A stretch of 64,000 nucleotides of DNA from NCBI GenBank assembly GCA_050173015.1, contig JBFXLE010000001.1, forward strand, positions 96,001 through 160,000. The letters are read 5' to 3'. The notes beneath the pieces were generated by a model, which saw only the letters and a program-made list of their open reading frames with translations, was not told the origin of the DNA and ran no database searches. Below, piece by piece: positions 1 through 11,800 of the stretch. Source of the DNA: Calditrichaceae bacterium. GTDB lineage: Bacteria; Calditrichota; Calditrichia; Calditrichales; JBFXGD01. The stretch's first letter is position 1; each line of letters opens with the position of its first letter. The position numbers and the translations under genes are program-made.

Positions 1-266
1 TTAAAAATGAGTTTATCTATGATGCCATACCGGATGACTTGCTTCATGTCCTGCATGACACGGATAACAGGATTGAAAAATTAATGGTGTTCGGACATAA
101 TCCGGGAATTCCCGAATTTATATATTATTTGTCGAATAACCATATGCATAAAGTCCCGACATGTTCGATATGCGCATTGGCTTTGAATATAGAAAAATGG
201 AAACAAGCAGAATTCTCCTGTGGCAAAATACTTTTCTTTGAGTCACCAAAAATTTTTAAACTGTAA
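1..266 (+). CDS. sixA: SixA-type phosphohistidine phosphatase (histidine phosphatase family), 5'-truncated by the window edge
   Basis: The frame is open from the window start (..FIYDAIPDDLLHVL..). It contains the LMVFGHNPG motif and a VPTCSI..L C-terminal segment typical of SixA. Confidence 0.75.
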   Translation, partial: KNEFIYDAIPDDLLHVLHDTDNRIEKLMVFGHNPGIPEFIYYLSNNHMHKVPTCSICALALNIEKWKQAEFSCGKILFFESPKIFKL

Positions 267-487
267 GTGGATTCATCCTGTTTTTCACGCATGTATCTGA
301 ACGCAGGCTTAATAAAACTACACCCGCGCTTGTAACAGCACCGCTCCCAATGAGATGAAAATTAAAAGCAGAAACACACAAGCGATAAAACACGTTATAA
401 CCGGAGAAGAACTGATCAGAAGGATATATTAGCGGTTATCTTTCAGATGATTTAGACACAACTAAAATATTTTTTTGTGAGATCATC

Positions 488-3400
488 ATGGGAAAAAATA
501 TCTTTGACATCATCCGCTTGAGTAAAGAAGCGAAGAATAATTTATTCCGGACAGCAAAATCAGGTCTTCTATTTCTGAGTTTTATATTATACTTCCCGTA
601 TTACCTGTTCGGGCAGATCAATGATATGAAATTCGAACATCTTTCACTTGAACAGGGAATTGCCCATAACATGATTTATGACATTTATCAGGATCATGAG
701 GGCTTTCTTTGGTTCGGAACGATGTATGGATTGATCAAGTATGACGGGAAAAGTTACAAGATCTATCGCAATGATCCATCTGATCCCGGTTCAATTTCAT
801 TTGATGACGTACTTTGCATTTATGAGGATAGTGATGAACATCTGTGGATTGGGACCTGGGGAGGCGGGTTGAACAGATTTGACCGTCAAACAGAAAAATT
901 CATTCGTTATGAACATAACTCATCGGATAAAAAAAGCCTGAGCAGCAATGTTGTAAAGTGTATATATGAAGACCGGATCGGGGACTTATGGATAGGCACA
1001 GAAGACGGATTAAACAGGATGCCCGCGGAAATAAGAAAAGGGGGCAATAAAAAACTATCGGCCGCCGGGAATCAGTTTGATCGCTATTTCCTTAATTTAT
1101 GGGAATTAAATAGTCTGAGTAATAACACGATCACGGCAATTCAGGAAGATAATGCCGACAATCTCTGGATCGGTACACTCAACGGATTAAACCGATTTGA
1201 CAAAGTTACCGGTAAATTTACACGCTATTTTAGCTTAGATTCGGCCTACACAAGGACTTACAGTGATAAATTATTTGACTCCATTGATACTCTCAAAAGT
1301 AAAAATTATTTAATTGCTTCAATCCAGCGTGTTGGTGATAAGCAAAATTTGTCAAAGGAGTTTGCGCTTTCTGAAAAATCGACAGTGTTAGTTGTCTCTG
1401 TGGGTGAAGGCAAGAACGAGGTGTTAGGAGAAAAAGTTGATCAGATGTACGATTTTGGATGGCTTGAAAGTAATGGCCGGGTGATATGGGAAAGCCAATT
1501 TAATCAAACCTATTTTGCGGGCGGGGCGATGAAAAACAGGATCAGGGCGGACCTAATCAGCCTTAACCCGGGCACCTACCGGATTCATTATCAAACAGAT
1601 GACAGCCATTCTTATGAAAACTGGAATAACCACGCTCCCAATCATCCGGACTTTTGGGGCATCACAGTTTTTGAAGTCCCTGAGAAGCAGGCAGGTGAGC
1701 TTAGAAAAGAACTTAAGCATATTATCAATCATCAACAGAATTCAATATCTCATAATCACATATCATCCTTATGTCAGGGAGAGGATGAAGAAATCTTATG
1801 GGTTGGCACTTTAGGTGGAGGCTTAAACAAACTCAACACAACAACCGGTCATTTTAGTCACAAAAAAAACGACCGTGTATTCTCAGGAAGTCAAATCAGT
1901 AATTTTATAAACACAATTTATATGGAAGAATCGGGAATTCTATGGATTGGTTCTCCGGATGGTTTGAGTAAATTTGATCCTGTGACCGGGGAATGTCGTC
2001 TATATAGCCATAACCCGATGGATCCTTACAGCCTGAGCAGCGATAATGTAACTTCAATCAGAAAAGATCGGTCCGGTATTCTCTGGATAGGCACTTTCTG
2101 GGGAGGTATCGACAAATTTGATGACCGGAAAGCACAGTTCACTCATGTCAGACAAAATATTTCAGGTGTATCAGGGCAGCTTAACAACAATGTTTTTGCC
2201 CTGGTCGAAGATCGGAAAGAATGTATCTGGTTTGGGACTCCGGGGGGTGGACTAACGGTATATGATTGTAACATGAGAAAATTTAAAAATTATTACCATA
2301 ATTCAGAAAATTCCGGCAGTTTAGGAAGTAATTCGGTTTGGTCGCTACTTGAGACCGATGCCGGAAGCATCTGGATCGGCACGTTTGGCGGAGGACTTAA
2401 CAGATATGATTCGGGGACAGATACATTTGAGAAATTTTATTATAATAAAAAAAATCCAAATAGCGTGAACGGGAACATGATCCTTTGTCTGTTAGAAGAT
2501 CATGATGGATATATATGGTTTGGTACTAACGGATCCGGGCTATATCGTTTTAATATTGATGACGGAAAGTTTACAAATTATCATCATGATCCCAACGACT
2601 CAAATAGTATTGGTAATAACTATGTTTATTCGCTACACGAAGACAGAGAGGGAAACTTATGGATCGGCGGCACCGCGGGATTGGACAAATTGAATAGCGA
2701 TCGCACCAAGTTTAGGGCCTTTCGTCATAATCCATCTGATTCAACAAGTTTAAGTTATGATTATGTCTATGTGATTCACGAGTCAAAGTACAGACCGGAC
2801 GGATTGCTATGGATCGGAACCGCCGGCGGACTTAATAAATTTGATCCGATATCGGGAAAATTTAAGCATTTTACCGAAGAGAATGGTTTACCGAACAGGG
2901 TGATATGCGGCATCCTTGAAGACATAAACGGTTTTTTGTGGATAAGCACAAACCGGGGATTATCAAAATTTGACAGAAAAACAGAGAAGTTCAGAAACTT
3001 TGATCTGGCTGATGGTCTACAAAGCAATATGTTTAACCGCGGGGCATATACCGCTTTAGAGTCGGGGGAACTCGTTTTCGGCGGGATTAATGGGTTTAAT
3101 GTATTTAATCCGATTGCTCTGAAATCCAGGGCCTATATTCCCTCGGTATTTATCACAGCATTTGAGAAATTTAACCAACCGGTTATTTTTGACAAATCCA
3201 TAACAGATATCCGAAAAATTAATTTATCCCACAAGGATAATTTCTTTACTCTCAGATTCGCCTCGCTGGATTACAGAAATCCTGAAAAAAATCAATATGC
3301 CTATAAACTGGAAGGTCTGGATCGGGACTGGATTTACAGCGGTAATATCAATTTTGCCAGCTATACAAATCTTAATCCGGGTAGCTATACATTCAGAGCA

Positions 3401-4222
3401 AAAGGAACGAACAGTGATGGAGTTTGGAATGAACGGGGAACCTCGGTTGTCATCATCGTTCATCCGCCTTATTGGCAAACATGGTGGTTTAAGTTGTTGA
3501 TATCATTGACATTGATCGCAGGATTATTGTTCTTTATCCATCGCATAAGAGACAAGGAAAAACGAAGAAGTTTATTTAATAAAAGGATGGCCGAATTGAA
3601 ACTTCAGGCTCTGCGATCACAAATGAATCCGCATTTTTTGTTTAACACTTTAAATTCGATCCAGTATTTTATCAGCTGTAATGATCAGAAATCAGCTCAG
3701 AACTACTTATCAAAATTTTCAAAATTGATGCGCAGTACGCTTGATAATTCAGAGAAATCAACGATTCCCATCAGTAAGGAAGTTGAAGCTCTTAAAATAT
3801 ATCTGGAACTTCAGTTACTCAGATTTGAGGATAAATTTGAATACAGGATCAGCATTGATCCGCTGCTGGATATCTATAATATTGAAATCCCTACGATGAT
3901 TATACAGCCTTATGTTGAAAACGCAATAACGCATGGCCTGAGAAACAAAACTTTAAAAGGGGAAATTATTATTTCAATTAAACTTGATGCCGGAATCATT
4001 ATCTGTACGATCGAGGATAACGGAATCGGAATTGTTAAAGCTTTAAAATTAAAAAAATTGCACAAAGATGATCATACATCCACCGGTATGAGAGTGACAC
4101 GTGAAAGAGTAGATATCATTAATTCGGCCCGAAAAGATAAAATAAATGTCGCGGTGACGGATCTGGGTGAAATGAATCCACAAAAATCGGGGACCAGGGT
4201 GACTATTTTTATACCGGTATAG
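488..4222 (+). CDS. Membrane sensor histidine kinase: periplasmic two-component beta-propeller repeats, Y_Y_Y domain, TM helix and LytS-type His_kinase/HATPase
   Basis: Many ED.xG.LWIGT.xGL propeller repeats, YAYKLEG..Y.NL.PG.YTF (Y_Y_Y), PPYWQTWWF followed by a TM helix, an H-box LRSQMNPHFLFNTLNSI, QPYVENAI.HG and IEDNGIG. Confidence 0.93.
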   Translation: MGKNIFDIIRLSKEAKNNLFRTAKSGLLFLSFILYFPYYLFGQINDMKFEHLSLEQGIAHNMIYDIYQDHEGFLWFGTMYGLIKYDGKSYKIYRNDPSDPGSISFDDVLCIYEDSDEHLWIGTWGGGLNRFDRQTEKFIRYEHNSSDKKSLSSNVVKCIYEDRIGDLWIGTEDGLNRMPAEIRKGGNKKLSAAGNQFDRYFLNLWELNSLSNNTITAIQEDNADNLWIGTLNGLNRFDKVTGKFTRYFSLDSAYTRTYSDKLFDSIDTLKSKNYLIASIQRVGDKQNLSKEFALSEKSTVLVVSVGEGKNEVLGEKVDQMYDFGWLESNGRVIWESQFNQTYFAGGAMKNRIRADLISLNPGTYRIHYQTDDSHSYENWNNHAPNHPDFWGITVFEVPEKQAGELRKELKHIINHQQNSISHNHISSLCQGEDEEILWVGTLGGGLNKLNTTTGHFSHKKNDRVFSGSQISNFINTIYMEESGILWIGSPDGLSKFDPVTGECRLYSHNPMDPYSLSSDNVTSIRKDRSGILWIGTFWGGIDKFDDRKAQFTHVRQNISGVSGQLNNNVFALVEDRKECIWFGTPGGGLTVYDCNMRKFKNYYHNSENSGSLGSNSVWSLLETDAGSIWIGTFGGGLNRYDSGTDTFEKFYYNKKNPNSVNGNMILCLLEDHDGYIWFGTNGSGLYRFNIDDGKFTNYHHDPNDSNSIGNNYVYSLHEDREGNLWIGGTAGLDKLNSDRTKFRAFRHNPSDSTSLSYDYVYVIHESKYRPDGLLWIGTAGGLNKFDPISGKFKHFTEENGLPNRVICGILEDINGFLWISTNRGLSKFDRKTEKFRNFDLADGLQSNMFNRGAYTALESGELVFGGINGFNVFNPIALKSRAYIPSVFITAFEKFNQPVIFDKSITDIRKINLSHKDNFFTLRFASLDYRNPEKNQYAYKLEGLDRDWIYSGNINFASYTNLNPGSYTFRAKGTNSDGVWNERGTSVVIIVHPPYWQTWWFKLLISLTLIAGLLFFIHRIRDKEKRRSLFNKRMAELKLQALRSQMNPHFLFNTLNSIQYFISCNDQKSAQNYLSKFSKLMRSTLDNSEKSTIPISKEVEALKIYLELQLLRFEDKFEYRISIDPLLDIYNIEIPTMIIQPYVENAITHGLRNKTLKGEIIISIKLDAGIIICTIEDNGIGIVKALKLKKLHKDDHTSTGMRVTRERVDIINSARKDKINVAVTDLGEMNPQKSGTRVTIFIPV

Positions 4223-4379
4223 ATGATCGGCCCGACATCACTAAACCGGGATAAACAGATATGAGAATTAATCATGGAAAAAAGGACGTTTTATAAAATA
4301 ATGGAACAATTTGACATTAAATGAAATGAAATAAATAGCATACCATTTGTTTTGAGTTAATAAATTTTTGAGGCGAGAG

Positions 4380-5168
4380 ATGTTAAAAGCCGTTATAATT
4401 GACGATGAAGAAAAAAGCAGGTTGCTTTTACGGAATCTAATACATGACCATTGCCCTAATGTTGAGATTTTGGCTTTGGCCGAATCTGTAGAATCAGGAC
4501 TGGAAGCGGTAAGGTTAAACCACCCGGATGTTGTTTTTCTGGATATTGTCATGCCCCCGGGTGACGGATTCAGCCTTCTGGAGAATGCCGGCGATTTAAA
4601 TTTTAATGTGATATTCACAACGGCTTACGATCAGTACGCGATTAAAGCCATAAAATTTGGCGCTGATGATTATCTCTTGAAACCAATCAATATTGAAGAT
4701 TTACAGACTGCCGTCAATAAACTGGAACAAAAACTGACAATAAACAATAGCGAAACAGAAATTGAAACCAAAATTGAAGGATTAGTCGAACTCGCTAATA
4801 TCAGGGCGGCGAATCGAAAAATTGGCTTGCCCATGCAAAATGGAATTACTTTCATAAAGATAAGAGATATTGTCCTTTTTAAAGCTGAGGGGAATTATTG
4901 TCTTGTCTATCAGAAGGAAACGAGTGAGAAGGAAATTGTCTCAAAAACACTGCGTGAATACGAAAATCTTTTAACCAGGTTTAACTTTTTCAGGGTCCAT
5001 CGTTCCTACCTGATTAATCTTGCTCATATAAAGGAATATTCACGTATTGGCCACTCCGCCAATTACGAAGGGGATGGAGGAAGTGTCATCATGATGAATA
5101 ATATGATCGTCCCGGTTGCCAGGGAAAGACGTAAGCCTTTGCTGAACAGGTTTTCAAAACCATTCTAA
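4380..5168 (+). CDS. LytTR-family response regulator (copy 1)
   Basis: Receiver domain (IIDDE, FLDIVMP, TTAY, YLLKP) plus LytTR domain (AEGNY, FFRVHRSYLIN). ATG at 4380 chosen, downstream of GAGG. Confidence 0.93.
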   Translation: MLKAVIIDDEEKSRLLLRNLIHDHCPNVEILALAESVESGLEAVRLNHPDVVFLDIVMPPGDGFSLLENAGDLNFNVIFTTAYDQYAIKAIKFGADDYLLKPINIEDLQTAVNKLEQKLTINNSETEIETKIEGLVELANIRAANRKIGLPMQNGITFIKIRDIVLFKAEGNYCLVYQKETSEKEIVSKTLREYENLLTRFNFFRVHRSYLINLAHIKEYSRIGHSANYEGDGGSVIMMNNMIVPVARERRKPLLNRFSKPF

Positions 5169-5344
5169 ACTGAAAAAGATTCCCCTTTTATTTATCAAAT
5201 ACACCTTCCACTAAATAAAAACTTCCGTTTAAAAACTTCCCGCAATAATATTTAAAGATATTCGATTATAATTTTTGAAGATTTCGCGCTAAGAATCTTC
5301 AATTAGAATAGTAATGAGACTGACATCCCTCATTACCTCCACTG

Positions 5345-5377
5345 CTGGCCTGATTTCCTCTCAGGCCAGTTTTTTTT
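5345..5377 (+). terminator. Intrinsic terminator
   Basis: CTGGCCTGA-tttcctc-TCAGGCCAG followed by a run of Ts. Confidence 0.8.
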
Positions 5378-5819
5378 AGGGTAGAATTTAAAATGTATCG
5401 AGAAGAATAGATATCCGGAAGTCCCCGCCACCTGTATAAATATGTTACAATTTAAATAACTATTCGAAAACTACCATACAATAGAAAATTCATACAGTTC
5501 ACAAATAAAAACATACTACTGAATCAATTACTATAATTTCTGATAACCATAACGTTTTATATTGACCTCAAATAAATGTCTGAGCGCGCAATACATATTC
5601 ACCATGTTTCTGATGTTGTTTCTATAGGGATATAGTGAAAATCGAATTCACAGATTATTCATTTTCATTCAGATCTATTTCAGTTGAAAGCCGGGTGAAG
5701 AGAAAACATGATCGCATAATCACCAGGAGGAGGAGATATATGATAAAACAAATTGTCATCCAATGTGAGATGAAGCTGAGGAAAATTAAATTATCCAATC
5801 AAATTTTTAAGGAGGATGT

Positions 5820-8800
5820 ATGCATATATATACACGACTAATGATGCCTCAATCAGTATGGCAGTCGGGTAAACTTCTGCTTATCCTTTTATTGCTTTTT
5901 GGGATGAATACTTTTGTTTCGGGGCAATCCAACGGGAAGATTGCGGGTGTTGTTGTAGATAAGGCTTCGGGTGAACCGTTGCCTGGAGTGAATGTGACCC
6001 TTGAGAACACTCTTCTAGGGTCCACGACTGACCTTGACGGGTACTATGTGATTCTGAATGTACCGGTTTCAACGTTTGATATCCGGGCCAGTTATGTAGG
6101 ATATCGGGATATGGTGTTTGAAAATATAAGGGTATCTGCTAATATCACCACGGATATAAATTTTGAGCTTGACCAGACTACGCTTGAATTGGGAGAAGCC
6201 GTTGTTGTCATTGGGCAGAGGCCCCTGGTTGAAAAAAATGTCACTCAAAGTTATTCGCTCGTAACATCTGATGCGATCGAGGCCATGCCGGTCAGGGGTG
6301 TGCAAAACATCATTAATCTGCAGGCATCGGTTGTTGTTCAGGACGGCAATGTCTATATCCGGGGCGGCAGATCCAATGAAACCGGATATTATCTTGATGG
6401 CGCTTCAATCACCAACCCTCTCAATAACGCGAGCGCTGTTAATATCATTCATGACGCTGTTGAAGAAATTCAGGTTTTAGTGGGTGGTTATACTGCCGAA
6501 TTCGGAGGCGCCAATTCCGGTATCGTTAGAAGTGAGCTAAAAACCGGATCTTCTGAGTATCACTTTTCACTTGATATGCAGACAGATAAATTTGTTAAAT
6601 CAGGCGAACAATTTTTGAGTACAAATTCTTTCCAGGATCATATCCTCACGGGTACTTTTAGCGGTCCGCTCTGGTCAAATAAGATCAGATTTTATTCTGC
6701 TCTGGAAAACACGTATGAGGGAGACTGGGTCAAACGCTTTAGCGAGGGTTTCAGGTTTGATGAATCAAATTTAGAGAACCCTCTTGTGGATGGCAACCGC
6801 AGAAATGCCAACGTCATCGCCGGCCATCCGGATACCGTAAAGGTGCTTGAGTATATAGATGGTTTTACGCCTAAAAACAAGCGCAACAGGTGGACCACAA
6901 ACAACACATTGCTCTTTGATTTAAAACCGTTACAGTTCCGGCTGAGCGGTGTATATACATGGCAGGAATTATCCAACAATCCAACGCCTATTCTGGATAT
7001 GTTAAACTTCCGCGAACGGCCAAACATTACAAATAATGTTCTGCTATCAGGGAAAATAACACATGTACTTAATCCAACGACTTTTTACGATTTAAATGTC
7101 AGTTATTTTTATAATAACAACGAGACAGAAGATGATTATTTCGGGACCGACTGGCGTTCATGGTCTGACAGCGCCAAAGTAGCTAATCATACGAACGGCA
7201 GAGTCACATACAGAGATCAATTCAGACAACAGTATGATTATGAATTAAATGGATTTCCTCTTTCAAGAGATGGCTCGCTGGTGGGGAACTATATCACATC
7301 AGAGCAGACATACATTGGTGGAGTCGCGAATATTGTAAGTCAGGTCACCAGATATCATGAAGCAAAAGCCGGTGTGGATGTAAGATACTACACACTGCGC
7401 AGATTTTCTATCAATCCGCAAGTAATATCGCTGACCAATCAGTACGGCACTGAAGAAGCTGTACCCGAAGCGGCATGGAAAGAATTTACCTCAAATATTT
7501 ACGGATACGACCGTTTTGGGAAAAAAATTGATGGTGGATTTGACGGACCTAAACACCCCCTCTTTTTGGCCTTTTATCTTCAGGACAAAATTGAATTTAA
7601 AGATTTAATTATCAATGCCGGATTACGATTTGACTATTTCGACACGGATGACAGAGAATTAAAGGATCCCGCGAATCCGGAAATAATAGAAGCGGAAGGA
7701 ACCATTGCCGAGTCGGCATGGAAAGATCTGGATCCATTCCAGCAGATAAGTCCCCGATTAGGTCTGTCATTTCCTATCAGTGACAATACCGTGTTCTATA
7801 CCCAGTACGGAAAATTTATACAGATGCCGGAACTGGATAATATCTACTTCAACTCGCGAGATTTCGGAACACAGATCGTCAGCGGCGGAAACTACTACAT
7901 CCAGCCGATTGGATTTGGGATAGGGCCTATGCGGACAACGTCTTATGAAATTGGCTTCCGCCAGAGTTTATCAAGTGTTGCTGCCATTGATGTCACAGGA
8001 TTTTATAAAAATACGAAAGGACAGATAACGGTTGAAAGACAAGCAGGCGCGCCGGGAGCGTTGATTACCACGTATGATTATTTGACTAACGGAGATTTTG
8101 CCACAACGAAGGGTGTAGAAATCCGATTGAATCTCAGAAGATCAAAACGTCTCCAGGCTCAGATGAACTATACATATACATCGGCAGAAGGTACCGGATC
8201 AGGTGAAACATCATATCATGGCGCTGTTTACAGAAACACCGTAAAACCCACCATCACTTCGCCGCTTGATTTTAATCAGACACATCGGGGATCGATAAAT
8301 CTTGATTACCGTTTTGGCCCGGGAGATGGCGGAAAAATATTAGAAAATTTTGGTGCGAATGTGCTGTTCACCTTCAATAGCGGGCACCCATATACAAAGG
8401 TAACCTGGCCATCGGGCGGACAAGTAAACGCTTATGAGGCGGGTGTGGATTATATGCTCGATACACGTGACCGGGAGGCGATCGAAGCCATAAACTCATC
8501 AACAACTCCATGGAATTTTAATGTTGATCTTCGTCTGGATAAAAGTGTCAAAGTATGGGAAAAACTAAATTCCACATTTTATGTGCGTATCAATAACCTT
8601 TTTAATATCCAAAATGTAATCAATGTGTACGAAGGTACAGGCAGCGCGGAAGACGATGGATTTATTTCAAATCCGGCGCGTTCTTCGGCTTTTGTGAATA
8701 CCTACGGCGGGCAGGATTATATCAATATGTATCGAGCGATCAATCTGGATAATGGGCAGGCGTACTGGGATAACATCGGAAGACAGCTTTATGCGAATCC

Positions 8801-8837
8801 CAGACAAATACTGTTCGGAGTCAGACTGGTCTATTAA
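5820..8837 (+). CDS. TonB-dependent outer-membrane receptor with N-terminal carboxypeptidase-regulatory-like domain (Oar-like)
   Basis: Signal peptide, GKIAG.V.D..GEPLPGVNV N-domain, plug motifs IRGGRSNE and GGYTAEFG, barrel motifs YLQDKIE..NAGLRFD and SPRLG.SFP, and C-terminal RQILFGVRLVY. An alternative start lies at 5841. Confidence 0.92.
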   Translation: MHIYTRLMMPQSVWQSGKLLLILLLLFGMNTFVSGQSNGKIAGVVVDKASGEPLPGVNVTLENTLLGSTTDLDGYYVILNVPVSTFDIRASYVGYRDMVFENIRVSANITTDINFELDQTTLELGEAVVVIGQRPLVEKNVTQSYSLVTSDAIEAMPVRGVQNIINLQASVVVQDGNVYIRGGRSNETGYYLDGASITNPLNNASAVNIIHDAVEEIQVLVGGYTAEFGGANSGIVRSELKTGSSEYHFSLDMQTDKFVKSGEQFLSTNSFQDHILTGTFSGPLWSNKIRFYSALENTYEGDWVKRFSEGFRFDESNLENPLVDGNRRNANVIAGHPDTVKVLEYIDGFTPKNKRNRWTTNNTLLFDLKPLQFRLSGVYTWQELSNNPTPILDMLNFRERPNITNNVLLSGKITHVLNPTTFYDLNVSYFYNNNETEDDYFGTDWRSWSDSAKVANHTNGRVTYRDQFRQQYDYELNGFPLSRDGSLVGNYITSEQTYIGGVANIVSQVTRYHEAKAGVDVRYYTLRRFSINPQVISLTNQYGTEEAVPEAAWKEFTSNIYGYDRFGKKIDGGFDGPKHPLFLAFYLQDKIEFKDLIINAGLRFDYFDTDDRELKDPANPEIIEAEGTIAESAWKDLDPFQQISPRLGLSFPISDNTVFYTQYGKFIQMPELDNIYFNSRDFGTQIVSGGNYYIQPIGFGIGPMRTTSYEIGFRQSLSSVAAIDVTGFYKNTKGQITVERQAGAPGALITTYDYLTNGDFATTKGVEIRLNLRRSKRLQAQMNYTYTSAEGTGSGETSYHGAVYRNTVKPTITSPLDFNQTHRGSINLDYRFGPGDGGKILENFGANVLFTFNSGHPYTKVTWPSGGQVNAYEAGVDYMLDTRDREAIEAINSSTTPWNFNVDLRLDKSVKVWEKLNSTFYVRINNLFNIQNVINVYEGTGSAEDDGFISNPARSSAFVNTYGGQDYINMYRAINLDNGQAYWDNIGRQLYANPRQILFGVRLVY

Positions 8838-8887
8838 TATAGGATTATTGGTGTGAATATGATAACCAAATGGTGAAGGAGATCATT

Positions 8888-11800
8888 ATGTTTAAAATAA
8901 ATATTTCTCTCGCAATCGGTTTGATTGCGGGAGTATTTATTCTGATGTCTGCACCGGTTTCAAATGCCGCGGAAAGCAGTAAAGATAAGCATAAAATTGT
9001 TAATATATACAAACCCGGGGCGGATAAATCAACGCGGACACTCTCAAATATATCAAATTGGTCATATTGGATATATCATACAGGAAAATCGGCTCTCGAT
9101 CCCAACGGTAATTCCGGGGGAATATATCCGCGTGGAACGGCGGGCGTGATATTCCAGGATGGTATTGTTTGGGGAGGATATGTCAGGGATCCCGGCACCA
9201 TGATTCCGTTGCGTGTCGGCGGGCAGACATATAATATTGGAACCACACCGGGGTGGATAAAAGAGGATGGGACCGCCGTATCTGCCGATGATCCCAGAGC
9301 AAGGATTTACAGGATACGATCCGACTGGGAAACTCTTACCGTTGAGCAGGTAAGGCAGGATGCAGGCGAACTCAATCAGAAACGCGCGGAGGACGTCACT
9401 GAGACAGAAGCGCAGGCGGTTATTGATCAATATGCCCTTGACTGGAATGAATGGCCGGTCGATTTAGGCGCTCCGGTTGATGAGAACGGAAATCCGGGTA
9501 TCGCGGATGCTGATCAGGTCATCTGGTTTGTTGTAAATGATTTAACGGAAGCGAATACTCTTAATTTGTATGGCTCGCCCCCTATCGGTATCGAACTTCA
9601 GATCACGATGTGGGCTTACAATCAGCCGACTTCTACGCTGGGTCAGTTGCTGTTTAAAAAATTCAAATTTATCAATAGGTCAGGCTTTTTTATCGATTCA
9701 ATGTTTGTCTGCCAGTGGTCAGATCCTGATCTTGGAAGCGCCGCTGATGATCTTGCCGGATGCGATATAGAACGCAGTCTTGGTTATGCTTATAACGGCT
9801 TCAGAACAGATGGGGATTTTACGGCTTTTGGTTTGGCGCCGGCCGCGGTCGGTTATGATTTTTTTCAAGGGCCGATTGTCCAGGGTGTAGCGGGTGAAGA
9901 TAAGAATATGAACGGTATCGATGATGCTGAAGATTCAGCGGTATTTGATCTAAAGCGGAAAGAAGGATTTATTAATTTGCCTATGACGTCCTTCTTTTTC
10001 TTTGCTGCCGGAAGTCCCATTAGTGATCCGGATCTTGGAGACTATGAATCCACAAAAGAGTTCTACAATATGCTGAACGGATTTACACCTACCAATGATT
10101 TGAATAATCCCACACCTTACATAGTGGGGTCCGGAATCTCTAAGGGTGAAGCGACAAAATTTCCTTTGAGCGGCGATCCCTTTTTGGGGACCGGTGATCT
10201 GGACGCGACCGGTGGTAATTTGCCTGCGGGTGACCGGAGACTTGGCCTTGTTTCCGGGCCGTTTACAATGGCGCCCGGTGATACCCAGGAGGTCGTTGTG
10301 GCTGTGGTCGGCGGAATTATATTGCAATCCGGCGGTGATAACCGGAACGCGGTTGCCCAGTTAAAGCTGAATGATGATTTTGCCCAGTTTATATATAATA
10401 ATCTGTTCCAGGGCATTCCAAAGCCACCATCAAATCCTATTGTAAAAACAACACCGCTGGAAAGTAAAATTGTTTTAAACTGGGGGTTTGACACGGCGAG
10501 GGTTCAGGATACAGAACAAGATGATCCCATATTGGGGTTCGACTTCGAAGGGTATAATGTTTATCAATTACCCGGGCCTTCTTCAAGCAAAGACCAGGCT
10601 ACACTGATAGCTACTTTTGATAAAGTGAACGGAATACAGATTATCCGCGCCAAACAGTTTCTGGCATCCTTTGGCGATGTGGTGGAAATTCCGGTACAAA
10701 AGGGCACAGACTCAGGGCTCCAGAGATATTTTGTACTTGAAAAGGACTATATTAACGACGAGCCGTTATATGCCGGAAACACATACTATTTCGCTGTCAC
10801 CGCATATAATTACAACGACGATCCTACGGTTCCCGAACCAACACTGGAATCTCCGCTAAGCGGAATAGCTGTTATCCCGCAACCCACCTTACCCGGCGTT
10901 CGATATGAAGGTTCTCCGGGCGGTGATGTTACGGTAGATCATCCATCGGGTGCAAGTGACGGGATTGTCCATGTATCAGTGATCGATCCGGCTGCCGTGA
11001 ACGGGCATCAGTATAAGGTGTTTTTTACCGAGGACACAGATACCAATTCAGCTACCTTTGGTGAATTGTTCTGGAACGTAATGGATATGACAGATAATAA
11101 GATGGTCGTTGAAAATCAAATTCAGGTAGCGAGTCTGGAAGAAACCCAAACTCAGCCAATATTTGACGGAATCCAGGTCAAGGTTACCGGTCCTGCTCTG
11201 AATTTTAAGAACTTTGAAACGGTGGCAAACGCAAATGGGGTGTTAGATCCTCCGGATGGCGCGGCGGCAGATTTTCAGGATTTTCCATCCTTAAGGCCTT
11301 CTGACGCTCAGCAGGTCGGTGACGGGCATTGGATGATTCATACCGGTGAAGCTCCGGATGGTTCAAGAGGATCGTATAGCGCCTTCATAAGCAGAGTAAC
11401 TCAGAGTGGCGCGCGTTGGCCTCTGATTATTCCGAATGACTTTGAAATACGGTTCAAACCGGGTGGAAAAGGTCTGATTCCGGCAGCGTTTGGTACAGGC
11501 CCTCAGGCGCTTATCGATATGCCGTTCGAATTGTGGAATATCGGTTCGGGTACTCCGGATGATCCCAGTGACGATTACAGACTCTTTCCCTACGTTCTTG
11601 ATGTAGATGAGAACGGCGCGTACAATTTACTGGATCAACCCACACTTGACGGGTTGGGCTTTGGCGACAGAGCGGATCATTCCGCGTCCGGCGCCAATAA
11701 TGATCCATACACCGATTGGTTTTATTGGGTTATCCCGGAAGATGAGAGCCCAGGGGAATCCGGATATAACACGCTTCTATCACAGATTGAAGCGGATGTA

